64,000 bases of DNA from Nitrososphaerota archaeon (GCA_016200045.1 JACQFN010000005.1:38205-102204), one strand, 5' to 3'. Counted from the first letter of the stretch, positions 50,318 to 59,789 are shown. Numbers and translations: made by a program. The notes: a model not told the origin generated them from the sequence alone.

Positions 50318-50905
50318 TTGCCCCGGACGAACATCTCGATATCCGACGAAACTGCAGACAAGCTTTCTGAGGAGGCGATGAAACGTAACAAGACACTCTA
50401 CGCTTTCGCTAACGAGTCGATAGAGGCTGTGGTTTCGGTCTGCAGGCTTTCGGGGGAGCCGGCCGAGATTCCCCCCGCCTGGAAGATGGGTAGGATGCTG
50501 AAGGACCTGGACGCCGTCCCGCTCCCGGGAGACCTGTTGGAGAAGCTGATCAAGAAGCTGTTCGCACACGACAGGGAATGGCTCCTCAGCACGTGGGAAG
50601 GAGAGGGGGACAGAATCGGCAAGTACCTGCAGATGGGCTACCAGGACATGAGCCAGCTTTCGGAGGCAGTAGTGGAGTTCCAAGGACTCCTGCCGATGAA
50701 GCGGGTGGAAGTCCGTAGCATTGACTCGCCCGAAGCGAAGGGGAAGATGTCGGTCAGGGCCGTTGGGGCGGGTTTGTCAGCTGAATCCACTGCGTGCGCA
50801 GAACACTTCATGAGAGGCATAATCGCTTCATACTCCTGGACCGTGAAGCAAAGTCGGATCTCGGAAGGAATGATTGAGTTCGAGATAGCGCGATCTGCCC
50901 GTTGA
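50318..50905 (+). CDS. putative regulator: ribbon-helix-helix N-terminus plus V4R-like C-terminal domain
   Basis: NISISDETADKLSEEAMKRNKTLYAFANESIEAVV is a CopG/RHH-like pattern. The C-terminus ACAEHFMRGIIASYSWTVKQSRISEGMIEFEI resembles V4R small-molecule-binding domains. Divergent from nirK. Confidence 0.4.
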   Translation: MPRTNISISDETADKLSEEAMKRNKTLYAFANESIEAVVSVCRLSGEPAEIPPAWKMGRMLKDLDAVPLPGDLLEKLIKKLFAHDREWLLSTWEGEGDRIGKYLQMGYQDMSQLSEAVVEFQGLLPMKRVEVRSIDSPEAKGKMSVRAVGAGLSAESTACAEHFMRGIIASYSWTVKQSRISEGMIEFEIARSAR

Positions 50906-50967
50906 AGACCGCGCCAAAGGATTCGGTCTCTTCAATGGGCCCCGAAATGGTTGAGGGTAGGCTGGTG

Positions 50968-51582
50968 TCAGGGCCTGTCCTCTGAAGCCATCAAATAGCC
51001 ACTGAACGCCGTCCCCCAGAACAACGAGGGGTAGACGATGAGCCTCTCCAGTCCGCCTGGACCGATGCCAAGGGCAGAACCCCATGTGACCCCCGACTGG
51101 GGGATGTACAGAACTAGAGCCGCCAGGGTCATTACGCCGAGGACTACTGAAAAATACGAAAGAGGACGACGCTGCCACTTGGCCATCAGGATAGCCGCGA
51201 GTCCGATGGAGAGGAAGGTGACGAACGAAAAAATGGAGTGGAGCGAGTACGGGCTTCCCTCCGGGAAGAACCCGATTCCCAATTGGCCGATGCCTGCCGC
51301 GACGATCGTCACTGTCCCCGGTTTCCACCTGAACGCCCTTTGGACGTAGTACCCGCTCGCGAGCACCAGCACGCCTAGGACGATTATCGACGGGTTGAAG
51401 ATCGTCGCTGAATTCGGGAAGACCTTCCCCAGGTCGCTGATGTAGTTGCTGGAAACGCTGTATTCGGGGCTCACCGCTTCTGCCATTATCAGAAGGATTC
51501 CGAATTCAACCGCACCGATGAAGAGGCAGACCCCTGACTTTGCGGCGTTGGACGGCGCCACGGCAATCAGGGCTCCTGCCAC
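50968..51582 (-). CDS. DUF998-like membrane protein
   Basis: 6 TM helices, with SPEYSVSSNYISDLG near the N-terminus as in DUF998. Confidence 0.45.
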   Translation of the reverse strand: MAGALIAVAPSNAAKSGVCLFIGAVEFGILLIMAEAVSPEYSVSSNYISDLGKVFPNSATIFNPSIIVLGVLVLASGYYVQRAFRWKPGTVTIVAAGIGQLGIGFFPEGSPYSLHSIFSFVTFLSIGLAAILMAKWQRRPLSYFSVVLGVMTLAALVLYIPQSGVTWGSALGIGPGGLERLIVYPSLFWGTAFSGYLMASEDRP

Positions 51583-51624
51583 GATAAAAGCATGGAAGAC
51601 GGTGCGTGGCGAAGCGCCCCGTTC

Positions 51625-52245
51625 CTAGTCGTGTGTCTTCGTTGCCGGGTTCTTCGTTTTGGGAAGAATCATCAGTCCTTCTGCAGGGTCCCCGATTGGC
51701 GTATAGTCGCCTCTTGAGTACATGAGCCCGACGACCGCGGAGGTCACCGCATCCAGTTCGTCCCCAGAATAACCCCCCTTCTTTCTCTGTATGACGACCC
51801 CGTATCGTCTCAACGCTCCCTCCAGCCTTGAGAGCCCGGCTTTTTTCCTGGGCATTCCCAAGATGTCCTGGACCGCCCCTGGGAAGCTCTCGATCACCTC
51901 CAGGCCCTCCTTCTCCATCGCAGACCTGAGATGGATCCCCCTGGCCGTGAGCATCCTCATGGGGCCCAAGGAAATCGGGAAGAACCTGATTCGCATCCGG
52001 AGCAGCTCTCTGTCGCACTCCCTGAAGTGGGGGGGCCCTCTGATGTCGAGGCTCGTGCGTCCTTTCGGGAGGAAGAGCGGGGCGTCGACGCTCACGACCT
52101 CCGGATGCGATGCGATTGTTCTATCAAGAATCTCCTCGTCAGAGTGCAGAACGCAAGCCGTGCTTCTCATGTCGCCGTCCATCACGCTGAACCCGGTGTC
52201 CCTCTTGGGGCTTCCCGCAAGGTCGATGCCGACTATTATGATCAA
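51625..52245 (-). CDS. DUF429-like (RNase H-fold) protein
   Basis: MIIIVGIDLAGSPKRDTGFSVMDG...VVSVDAPLFLPKG. Confidence 0.45.
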   Translation of the reverse strand: MIIIVGIDLAGSPKRDTGFSVMDGDMRSTACVLHSDEEILDRTIASHPEVVSVDAPLFLPKGRTSLDIRGPPHFRECDRELLRMRIRFFPISLGPMRMLTARGIHLRSAMEKEGLEVIESFPGAVQDILGMPRKKAGLSRLEGALRRYGVVIQRKKGGYSGDELDAVTSAVVGLMYSRGDYTPIGDPAEGLMILPKTKNPATKTHD

Positions 52246-52308
52246 GCTTGGGGGGGGACCCGGACCCAGATATGAGACCTTTTATCGACGCCGACGCTGC
52301 CCTGATGC

Positions 52309-53499
52309 ATGGACCTGCTGGAGGAGGCGCGTTCGATCGAGCCGGAGATAATCAAGACGCGGCGAGCCGTGCATCAGAACCCGGAGCTCGCATATCACGA
52401 AGAGGCGACCGCGAGAATGGTCGCGAAGAGGCTTGAATCGCTCGGGATAGAGGTCAAGACCGGGGTCGGCGGCACCGGGGTCCTCGGGACGCTGAAGGGA
52501 GCCAAGAAAGGCAAGGTCGTGGCCCTGAGGGCGGACATGGACGGCCTTCCGGTGAAAGAGATGGCGGACGTAGATTTCCGGTCCAAGGTGGACGGGGTCA
52601 TGCATGCGTGCGGGCATGACACTCACGTGGCGATGCTGCTCGGAGCGGCGAGAATCCTGTCGAAGCACAGGGACCAGCTGCACGGGACGGTGAAGTTCCT
52701 GTTCCAGCCCGCCGAGGAACACGGAGGGAGAGGTGGTGCGAAACCAATGATCGAGGACGGGGCGATGATCAACCCGAAGGTCGACTATGTTTTCGGATTG
52801 CACATCGACAGCGACAACAAGTCCGGGGAGTTCGGGTTGAGGGGCGGAGCCATAGCGGCCGCGCCCGACCGGTTTGTGGTGAAGGTAATCGGCAAGGGAG
52901 GCCACGGGTCGGCCCCGCACCAGACGGTGGACCCGGTCTACATAGCTGCTCAGCTGATACTTGCGCTCCAGGGCGTTTCAGGCAGGATGATCGACCCGGT
53001 CCAGCCGTTCGTGATTTCTATCGGAGCTGTGCACTCGGGGACCAAGGAGAACATAATCCCGGACGAAGCTGTCTTGGAGGGGACGATACGGACCCTAGAC
53101 GAAGCGACCAGGAGGAGGGCGAAAGTCAAGGTAGAGGAGGTTTCGAAAGGGGTGGCCCAAGCCTTCGGCGCGAAGGCTGAGGTGGAGTTCGAGAAGGACG
53201 CGTACCCGGTGACCGTGAATGACGAGGAGGCGACGGACCGGGCCGTGAGGGTCCTCAGGCGGATCCAAGGGACCAAGGTCAAGATACAGAAGCCGATTCT
53301 TGGGGGCGAGGACTTCTCCAGGTTCCTCCAGAAGGCCCCGGGGACGTTCTATTTCCTAGGAACGAACAATCCCAGCAAAGGATGCGTGTACCCGAACCAC
53401 AGCTCGAAGTTCAAGGTGGACGAGGACGTCCTGAAGATAGGCACGGCCTCCCTGGCCATGCTCGCGATGGAATTCTCGAACCCCAAAGGCCCGGCTTAG
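52309..53499 (+). CDS. M20 family amidohydrolase (N-acyl-amino acid amidohydrolase type)
   Basis: RRAVHQNPELAYHEEATA...ALRADMDGLPVKE...MHACGHDTH...FQPAEE. Confidence 0.85.
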   Translation: MDLLEEARSIEPEIIKTRRAVHQNPELAYHEEATARMVAKRLESLGIEVKTGVGGTGVLGTLKGAKKGKVVALRADMDGLPVKEMADVDFRSKVDGVMHACGHDTHVAMLLGAARILSKHRDQLHGTVKFLFQPAEEHGGRGGAKPMIEDGAMINPKVDYVFGLHIDSDNKSGEFGLRGGAIAAAPDRFVVKVIGKGGHGSAPHQTVDPVYIAAQLILALQGVSGRMIDPVQPFVISIGAVHSGTKENIIPDEAVLEGTIRTLDEATRRRAKVKVEEVSKGVAQAFGAKAEVEFEKDAYPVTVNDEEATDRAVRVLRRIQGTKVKIQKPILGGEDFSRFLQKAPGTFYFLGTNNPSKGCVYPNHSSKFKVDEDVLKIGTASLAMLAMEFSNPKGPA

Positions 53500-54411
53500 G
53501 TGGTCAGGCTGTACGCGACGAAGGTATCAGACAGAGTCTATCTTCTGGACACGTTCGCCGTGGGGCAGGAGGAGACGGTCGCCGCATATCTGATCAAGGG
53601 TCAGAAGCCTGCCCTGGTGGACTGCGGCTACGCTTCCTCGCACCAGAGCGTCCTCCTGGGTCTGTCCGAGGTGGGGGTCAAGCCCTCAGACGTTCGGTAC
53701 CTCATACCCACGCACGTCCACCTTGACCATGCAGGGGCCGCCGGACACCTGCTGCGGGAGATGCCGAACGCAGAGGTCATAGCTCACGAGAGGGGGGTAC
53801 CGCACCTTGTGGACCCGTCGCGCCTCATCGAGAGCGCAACGAGGGTGTTCGGGGAGGCGATAATGGCCCTTTACGGGAGGCCTATCCCGATCCCTCCCGA
53901 CCGGGTGACGGCCGTCGGAGAGGAGTCCAGCCTCGACCTGGGGGACGGCATTTCGGCAAGCCTGGTTCACACGCCCGGGCACGCACCTCACCAAATCTCC
54001 GCGATGATCGAAGGAACGGGCGCCCTCCTGACAGCCGACGCGGTCGGGATCACGTATCCCAACCTGAAGACCCTGATACCCACTACTCCTCCGCCCAGTT
54101 TCGACCCTGCACTGCTCGCCTCTTCGGTCGACAGTCTGCGGCGGATGTCTCCCAAGCAGCTGCTCGTCCCTCACTACGGGGTCAAGAACGACCCTGACCA
54201 GGTCTTCGCCGACACCAATAGGAAGGTGCCGGAGTGGGTGGAAACGGTTCGCTCGATGATAAAGAGGGGGATGGTCCTGGATGATATCTCGGAGAAGATG
54301 TCGGAGAAAGTCGCTGCCGAGTCGGGAACATCCGACCTGCCGATCTATGCGAAGGTCTCCGTGCGAGCCTCGGTGATGGGGATAATCCACTACCTGAGCA
54401 AGAACCCTTGA
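53500..54411 (+). CDS. MBL-fold metallo-hydrolase
   Basis: LIPTHVHLDHAGAAGHLL (HxHxDH) and a later HTPGHAPH. The GTG start abuts the upstream stop. Confidence 0.8.
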   Translation: MVRLYATKVSDRVYLLDTFAVGQEETVAAYLIKGQKPALVDCGYASSHQSVLLGLSEVGVKPSDVRYLIPTHVHLDHAGAAGHLLREMPNAEVIAHERGVPHLVDPSRLIESATRVFGEAIMALYGRPIPIPPDRVTAVGEESSLDLGDGISASLVHTPGHAPHQISAMIEGTGALLTADAVGITYPNLKTLIPTTPPPSFDPALLASSVDSLRRMSPKQLLVPHYGVKNDPDQVFADTNRKVPEWVETVRSMIKRGMVLDDISEKMSEKVAAESGTSDLPIYAKVSVRASVMGIIHYLSKNP

Positions 54412-54436
54412 ATATGAAGAGGTCCGGAAAGAGGGC

Positions 54437-55264
54437 GTGCCGCTGGTATTCGCGTGCATAGCGCCCCACGGGGGTGAGTTGGTTCCATCGCTCGCCGGGA
54501 AGGAGCTGAGGCGGTTCGGCCCGACCAGAAAGGGGATGCGCGTGCTTGCCTCGCAGATCAGAAAGGAAAGGCCCGAGACCATAGTGCTCGCGACCCCCCA
54601 CAACCTCAGGATGCCCAAAAACATAGGGGTCGTGATCTCGGAGAACAGCTCGGGTAAGGTTACGGACGGCCGGAAGGAGGTGAGCTTGAAGGCGAAGTGC
54701 GACCTCGTTCTAGGAGGGAAGATAATCGAAGAGTCGGAGAAGTTGGGCCTCCCCGTTGTGGGTGCGAACTTCGGGGCGCTCGAGGGGCCGCTTTCTGACT
54801 TGGCGATGGACTGGGGCACCCTGATACCCCTCTGGTTCCTGAAGAAAGAGGCGGGCCTGAAGAGCAAGCTCTTGATAGTCACCCCTGCCAGGGGAATCCC
54901 GCTCAGACAGAACTTCGAATTCGGGAGGGTTGTCGGGAGGCTCGCCGAGAGAGGAAGGAAGAAAGTTGCCTTTGTGGCGAGCTCTGACCAGGCGCACGCT
55001 CATCGGAAGGACGGTCCATACGGATTCGACCGCAGGGCGAAAGATTACGACGAAATGGTGCTTGACGCCGTAAGGAGAGACAGGCTGGCAAGCATCATGT
55101 CGACGAAACCCGGCCTCGTCGAAGGAGCCAAGCCCGACAGCCTTTGGCAGATGACGATGCTTGCGGGATTGCTGAAGGAAGCTCCTCTGAAAGGGACTCT
55201 GGTCTCCTATCAGGTTCCGACATACTTCGGGATGCTTTGCGCGAGCTACCGACGCTCGAGCTGA
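54437..55264 (+). CDS. class III extradiol dioxygenase subunit B (LigB)-like family protein
   Basis: FACIAPHGGELVP...IVLATPHN...FVASSDQAHAH follows the LigB/DODA-like His pattern. Confidence 0.5.
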   Translation: MPLVFACIAPHGGELVPSLAGKELRRFGPTRKGMRVLASQIRKERPETIVLATPHNLRMPKNIGVVISENSSGKVTDGRKEVSLKAKCDLVLGGKIIEESEKLGLPVVGANFGALEGPLSDLAMDWGTLIPLWFLKKEAGLKSKLLIVTPARGIPLRQNFEFGRVVGRLAERGRKKVAFVASSDQAHAHRKDGPYGFDRRAKDYDEMVLDAVRRDRLASIMSTKPGLVEGAKPDSLWQMTMLAGLLKEAPLKGTLVSYQVPTYFGMLCASYRRSS

Positions 55265-55282
55265 TGCCGCGAACCTACGGGG

Positions 55283-55984
55283 CTATCTGACGAGCGGCAT
55301 GAGCTGGTCGAGGCTCTCAATCCTGTCGCAGTCCGCGTCCTTCCTTACCCCGTCCCTGTCGAGGAGGATCCCTCTGATCCCGGCGTTCCTTGCGCCGACA
55401 ACATCGGCCTCGTAAAGATCGCCCACGTGGACCGTTTCCTCTGACTTCCCTCCCGTCTTGGAGAGCGCAATCCTGAATATTTCGGGGTTGGGCTTCGCGA
55501 TGCCCACCACGCCGGACACCACGATGTGTTCGATGTAATGGTTAAGGCCTACGGATTCGATCACACTGGCGGCGTCGGGGGGAGCGTTCGAGACGAGCCC
55601 GAGCGTGAACCCTGCCTCGTTCAGGGACCTCAGAAGCGGCTCCGCGTCTGGATAGAGCACGGAGGGGATCTCCTTCTCGAGCAGGGGCCATCTCGCCCTG
55701 GCCAGCCGGGACACAGTCTCCGCCTCTTCGGGCGGCTCCTTCGGAAAAATCCTCATGAACACCTTGGCGTCGAGTTCCTTGAACGCTTCGTTCGCCTCTT
55801 CCTCCCCCAGGTTCTTCGACCCATAGGTTGCCAGCCACCAAGGATCGGCTCGAACGTACGCGGAATGGATGGCGTCCAGTCCGACCCTCCTTCCGGTATC
55901 CGCCAGCACCCGCTGGAACACCCTATCTCTGCGCATGACGAGAAGTGTCCCTCCGAGGTCGAACAGGACCGTCTTGACGGCCAA
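55283..55984 (-). CDS. HAD superfamily hydrolase
   Basis: VLFDLGGTLL (motif I), LVSNAP (motif II), and HVGDLYEADVVGARNAGIRGILLD (motifs III/IV). Confidence 0.8.
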   Translation of the reverse strand: MAVKTVLFDLGGTLLVMRRDRVFQRVLADTGRRVGLDAIHSAYVRADPWWLATYGSKNLGEEEANEAFKELDAKVFMRIFPKEPPEEAETVSRLARARWPLLEKEIPSVLYPDAEPLLRSLNEAGFTLGLVSNAPPDAASVIESVGLNHYIEHIVVSGVVGIAKPNPEIFRIALSKTGGKSEETVHVGDLYEADVVGARNAGIRGILLDRDGVRKDADCDRIESLDQLMPLVR

Positions 55985-56040
55985 CTGAGAGGATGGGTCC
56001 CGGGTTGGCTAAATTCTTTCGGATGCCCCGGGCAGGCGAA

Positions 56041-56466
56041 TCAACCGTTGAAGTGAGGTATGAACGGCGTGACGAGCATGCTGAACAGAAGAAGGGAGAG
56101 GACCGTCAGGGTGATGTAGACGTACGGCCGGTCGCGTTCGGCAGCGAACAGGAGGGCCGAGAGGGCCACTCTGGCCACTGGAGTAGCCAGAAGTATCAGG
56201 GTCCCGGCGTCGATGACCGAGTAGGGATTGAGTGAAGAGAGCCCGGCGGCCAAGGCGGTCAGGCTAGGGTCGAACCCGCCGTGAGGGGCCGAAGGATAGT
56301 AGGTCAGGAGGCTTCCGCTGTCTAGGCTTCCGAACCTGAGAAGGAGGAGCAGAGTCCCCAGCGCGATCACGGCAGCCGAAAGGAGGACGCCGAAGCGAAG
56401 TACCGCGCTGACCGCGTCGCTCATCCTCCGCGGGTCGGCAGTGTTCAGTTCTGCAGCCTCACCCAA
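56041..56466 (-). CDS. DUF1634-like membrane protein
   Basis: Small 4-TM protein overlapping the end of the upstream TauE/SafE gene, which is the usual partner arrangement. Confidence 0.5.
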   Translation of the reverse strand: MGEAAELNTADPRRMSDAVSAVLRFGVLLSAAVIALGTLLLLLRFGSLDSGSLLTYYPSAPHGGFDPSLTALAAGLSSLNPYSVIDAGTLILLATPVARVALSALLFAAERDRPYVYITLTVLSLLLFSMLVTPFIPHFNG

Positions 56467-57292
56467 GGGCCCTCAACACCATTTCGATAGCCCCAACGGC
56501 AAGGACGACCGCGAACACCTTCCTGACGGTCGGGTTTCTTGCCCTTGGGAGCACCCGCGCCCCCGCCGCTGCTCCCGCCAGGATCCCGAGCGCGACCGGG
56601 GCGACTATCAGGGGGTCTACGTCCCCGCGAATGAAGTAGATTCCGGCGCTCGCCGCGGCGGTCACCCCGATCATGAAGTTAGAAGTGGTCGTGGAGACCT
56701 TCATCGGAATCTTCATCGCCAGGTCCATTGCGAGGACCTTGAACGTCCCGCTCCCGATTCCGAGAAGGCCAGAGAACAACCCGGCGACCACCATCCCGAC
56801 GAGGCCGGTCCCGGGCCGGGTCGCATTGTATGTGACGGTCGAGCCGTCGGCCTCGACGTACGAACCCTTCAGCTCGAGTCTGGCCGCCAGTCCATGGAGC
56901 ACCGGGTTGGAGGGGATGTCCTCTCCCACCTTACGGATCAATGGAATGAGCGAGACCAGAAGCACGCCGGCAAAGACGAGGCCTAGAAGCGCGGAATCGG
57001 AGTAGACGGCCACTGCGGCACCGACAATCGCCCCCGCCGTGGTCCCGAGCTCCAGGAACATGCCGATTCGGAGGTTGGTGATCCTGTCGCGGACATAGGT
57101 GGCAGCGGCTCCGCTCGATGTGGCAATGATGGATACGATGCTTGCGCCTATGGCGAAGTGGATGTCGACTCCGAAGAAGATCGTAAGAATTGGGATTATG
57201 ACTATCCCCCCTCCGATGCCCACTATCGAGCCCAGGAAGCCGGCAACAATCGAAACGAGGAACATAACCGTGAGGAACTCGAAAACGAGCAA
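56459..57292 (-). CDS. TauE/SafE (DUF81) family anion exporter
   Basis: 277 aa, 7-8 TM helices, Gly-rich repeats (GSIVGIGGGIVIIPIL; GLLGIGSGTF). Confidence 0.75.
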   Translation of the reverse strand: MLVFEFLTVMFLVSIVAGFLGSIVGIGGGIVIIPILTIFFGVDIHFAIGASIVSIIATSSGAAATYVRDRITNLRIGMFLELGTTAGAIVGAAVAVYSDSALLGLVFAGVLLVSLIPLIRKVGEDIPSNPVLHGLAARLELKGSYVEADGSTVTYNATRPGTGLVGMVVAGLFSGLLGIGSGTFKVLAMDLAMKIPMKVSTTTSNFMIGVTAAASAGIYFIRGDVDPLIVAPVALGILAGAAAGARVLPRARNPTVRKVFAVVLAVGAIEMVLRALG

Positions 57293-57354
57293 CTGCAGAA
57301 GCGCGGGCTCCGCTGGTTACTTAGAGGTTTTCGAGATGCACGGACGAAGATGGC

Positions 57355-58617
57355 CTATGGCGTGGCTTCGAGGTCGGCGACTATCCTTTCGTGGCTCTGT
57401 TGTATCGATTCGACCCCGGTGTTGAGGATCACGCAAGGGACCTTCCAGTTCTTGAACATGGCCCAGAAGAACCTGGCCTGCCTCGCTCCGTCGAGCTCCA
57501 GGAGGTACGGGTTGTACCACGGTTCGTTCGAGATGGTCCCCCATTTCTCCTTTGGCCCTGCTCCCGGCAGGACCATGTACTCTCCTTTGTCCAGGATCTC
57601 GATGGCCTGCGAAGGCCCGAGCTTCACTTCCGCCGGGCTCTTGTCATCCCTCCTCAGCAGCACCACTAGGTTGATCGGGACCTCGTCCACGACCTTTTCC
57701 TTCCCGAGTATCTCGTCCCTCTTGACAAGGACCCTGGAGTTCCCGAAGGAGTAGTAGCACCACCCCATCCCTTCGTCGAAGACGCATCGCTCGTTGGTGA
57801 GAGAGCAGAGGTCTTCGCCGAGCGGATACTCGCAGTCCGCCTTCCGGGTCGTCACGTTCTCGTTCTTGGACCTGTCGAAGACTTCCCTGAGCCACCCCTG
57901 CTCCTTCTGGGACTCAGACCGCATGTACAGCGAGCGCTCAGGCTGGCGCGCTATGAGCCTCCCCTTCGGGTTCTCGGGAATGGGCTCCGGGAAGCTCACG
58001 TAGGCCCAGTCGTCCCCGCAGATCTTGCCGTCTGGGTTCAGGAATATCTTGAACGAGTGCGTCGTCTTCCCTGTCCCGGTCGGCGCGATGATTACGACAC
58101 CCTTCCCCTTGTACAAGGCCGTGGCGCCGTGAATCGAGAGAGTGTTGAACCGCTTCTCGAGAATAGCCGCGGCCATCCCGAGAGCCCACGACTTGCACTG
58201 CCCGTAGTATTCGGTGTTGACGAAGAGGGCGGTGTTCAGGGAAGGGGAGTAGTAGGCGGCTGGTTCAAGCCCTTCGACCCCGTTCGCGGCAAAGATCTGG
58301 GCATGGGGGAGTACCCCCTCGGCCGCCGGCCACCAGTTGTTCGACCAGAAATCGGCTTGGTGGACACTGTTGGTTATCAGCTCAATGACGACGCCGTTCA
58401 GGTTCGCCTTCAGAGAATGCCCTCCGCCGGCGTCCAGGACCTCCCTGGCCCTCGCGAGCAGCATCGTGAACTCATCCGGGGGGGTGTTCTTGTTCCCTTT
58501 GACCCGGGCCCTGGACTGCGTCACATAGTTGTCGAATTGTAGGTTCTTCAACAGGGCGTTGGGCGAGTCGTTTTCGGTCGGCTTAAAACCGTTGACGCCC
58601 GTCGAGGAGTTATCCAA
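57355..58617 (-). CDS. divergent, short PEP carboxykinase (ATP)-like P-loop protein
   Basis: EYYGQCKSW (compare Y-x-G-E-x-K-K), IIAPTGTGKTTHS (kinase-1a), ICGDDWAYV (compare IGDDEHGW), ILNTGV (compare LVNTGW). The start is uncertain: TTG 58617 was chosen because the ORF prefix overlaps the divergent gene and is junk-like. Confidence 0.45.
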   Translation of the reverse strand: MDNSSTGVNGFKPTENDSPNALLKNLQFDNYVTQSRARVKGNKNTPPDEFTMLLARAREVLDAGGGHSLKANLNGVVIELITNSVHQADFWSNNWWPAAEGVLPHAQIFAANGVEGLEPAAYYSPSLNTALFVNTEYYGQCKSWALGMAAAILEKRFNTLSIHGATALYKGKGVVIIAPTGTGKTTHSFKIFLNPDGKICGDDWAYVSFPEPIPENPKGRLIARQPERSLYMRSESQKEQGWLREVFDRSKNENVTTRKADCEYPLGEDLCSLTNERCVFDEGMGWCYYSFGNSRVLVKRDEILGKEKVVDEVPINLVVLLRRDDKSPAEVKLGPSQAIEILDKGEYMVLPGAGPKEKWGTISNEPWYNPYLLELDGARQARFFWAMFKNWKVPCVILNTGVESIQQSHERIVADLEATP

Positions 58618-58687
58618 CTGACGAACTGAGGGATTAGAATCAGGCCATCGGCGAAGGTTCTTAACGAAAGATGCCTGGGACCATCGC

Positions 58688-59749
58688 GTGAGCCTTGCGC
58701 CGCGTGGCGGTAGTCGCCCAGCATTGTGGGTGAAGTTCCTCCTTCTTGCCTTCGGGCTCATCCCCTCGCTGCTGTGGTCGGTCCCCGGACCGGTGCAGTC
58801 GGCAACGAATTTCGTACTGAATTCCCCCGCAGCCGGCAGCGTCCTGTCGGCCGGATGCAGCACGGTCACGATAACTTGGACGGGCGGGAACAGCACGTGG
58901 CTGGTCAACCTCACCCTGTACAGCCAGAGCCCCTTCGTGGTTGTCGCAGCCATAGCAGCGGGGATCCCGAACAGCGGCTCGTTCACCTGGACCGTTCCGT
59001 CGAACATTGCGCCTGCCGTCAACAACTACGGAGTGTACATAGAAGAAGTCAATCAGGCGACTTGGACCTACGGGCCGCTCTTCACGATAACCGCGCCCAC
59101 CTGCTGCACCACAGTATTCGGCCCCACCACCATTGCCACCACCGGTACCCTGACCCTCCCCTTCACCCAGACGAGCACGGGTTCGGCGAATACCACTGTT
59201 CAGGTCACGAATGCGACGACGGTGACGACGTTCACACCTACCGTCCATAATTCTACTTTGACCACTACCCAGAATTACACCCACACGGCCACTGTCACCA
59301 TGACCTACACGAACACCAGCGTCATCTTCACTTCGGGGATGGTCGACCACACGACGATTACCGGTACGACGACCGTGACATACGCCAATACTTCCGCTAC
59401 GACCCAGACACTGACCACAGCCGTTTCAGGGAATGGCACCTACACGTTCACGTCGGTCGTCGTGGCAAACTCGACCGGCACGTATCCGGTCACTGTCACC
59501 TCCACGGGGACGAGCACGCTGACTTCATCAAGCACGGCCATTTCTACCGTGTCTCTTACGACCACCTGCAGCGCCACGTTGGTTTCTACGTCAAACACTG
59601 CCGCGACCAGCTCCAGCAGCACGAGCGGAGGAGGTATTCCAGAATTCCCGGTTCAGGCAGTCGGGGTGGGACTTACGACCGTGGCAGTCGTCGTAACTTA
59701 CCTCGCCCTAAGGGCGAAGGCCCGTTCGAAGCTACTCTTCCGACCCTGA
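58688..59749 (+). CDS. Thr-rich surface protein with Kre9/KNH-like N-domain and PEF-CTERM sorting signal
   Basis: Signal peptide (probable start GTG 58730: MKFLLLAFGL...). FVLNSPAAGSVLSAG..VTITWTGG...GSFTWTVPSNIAP..NYGVYIEE. A Thr-rich region with many N-x-S/T sequons. C-terminus GGIPEFP plus TM helix plus RAKARSK. Confidence 0.65.
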   Translation: MSLAPRGGSRPALWVKFLLLAFGLIPSLLWSVPGPVQSATNFVLNSPAAGSVLSAGCSTVTITWTGGNSTWLVNLTLYSQSPFVVVAAIAAGIPNSGSFTWTVPSNIAPAVNNYGVYIEEVNQATWTYGPLFTITAPTCCTTVFGPTTIATTGTLTLPFTQTSTGSANTTVQVTNATTVTTFTPTVHNSTLTTTQNYTHTATVTMTYTNTSVIFTSGMVDHTTITGTTTVTYANTSATTQTLTTAVSGNGTYTFTSVVVANSTGTYPVTVTSTGTSTLTSSSTAISTVSLTTTCSATLVSTSNTAATSSSSTSGGGIPEFPVQAVGVGLTTVAVVVTYLALRAKARSKLLFRP

Positions 59750-59789
59750 GTGCAGTCCGATAAACAGACCGCGGTCTGACGAGATTCCT

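Noticed and set aside
50234-50683. 150-aa N-terminal extension of the nirK ORF
   Set aside because: It has no NirK similarity and overlaps the divergent RHH-regulator gene and its promoter. The signal/anchor sequence begins at Met 50233 or 50200.
53686-54882. 398-aa minus-strand ORF across the MBL hydrolase and LigB-like genes
   Set aside because: It is antisense to genes with clear HxHxDH and other motifs and has no recognisable features. The same reasoning applies to 38046-39041, 39078-39803, 17248-18069, 300-920, 33705-34559 and similar ORFs in the track.
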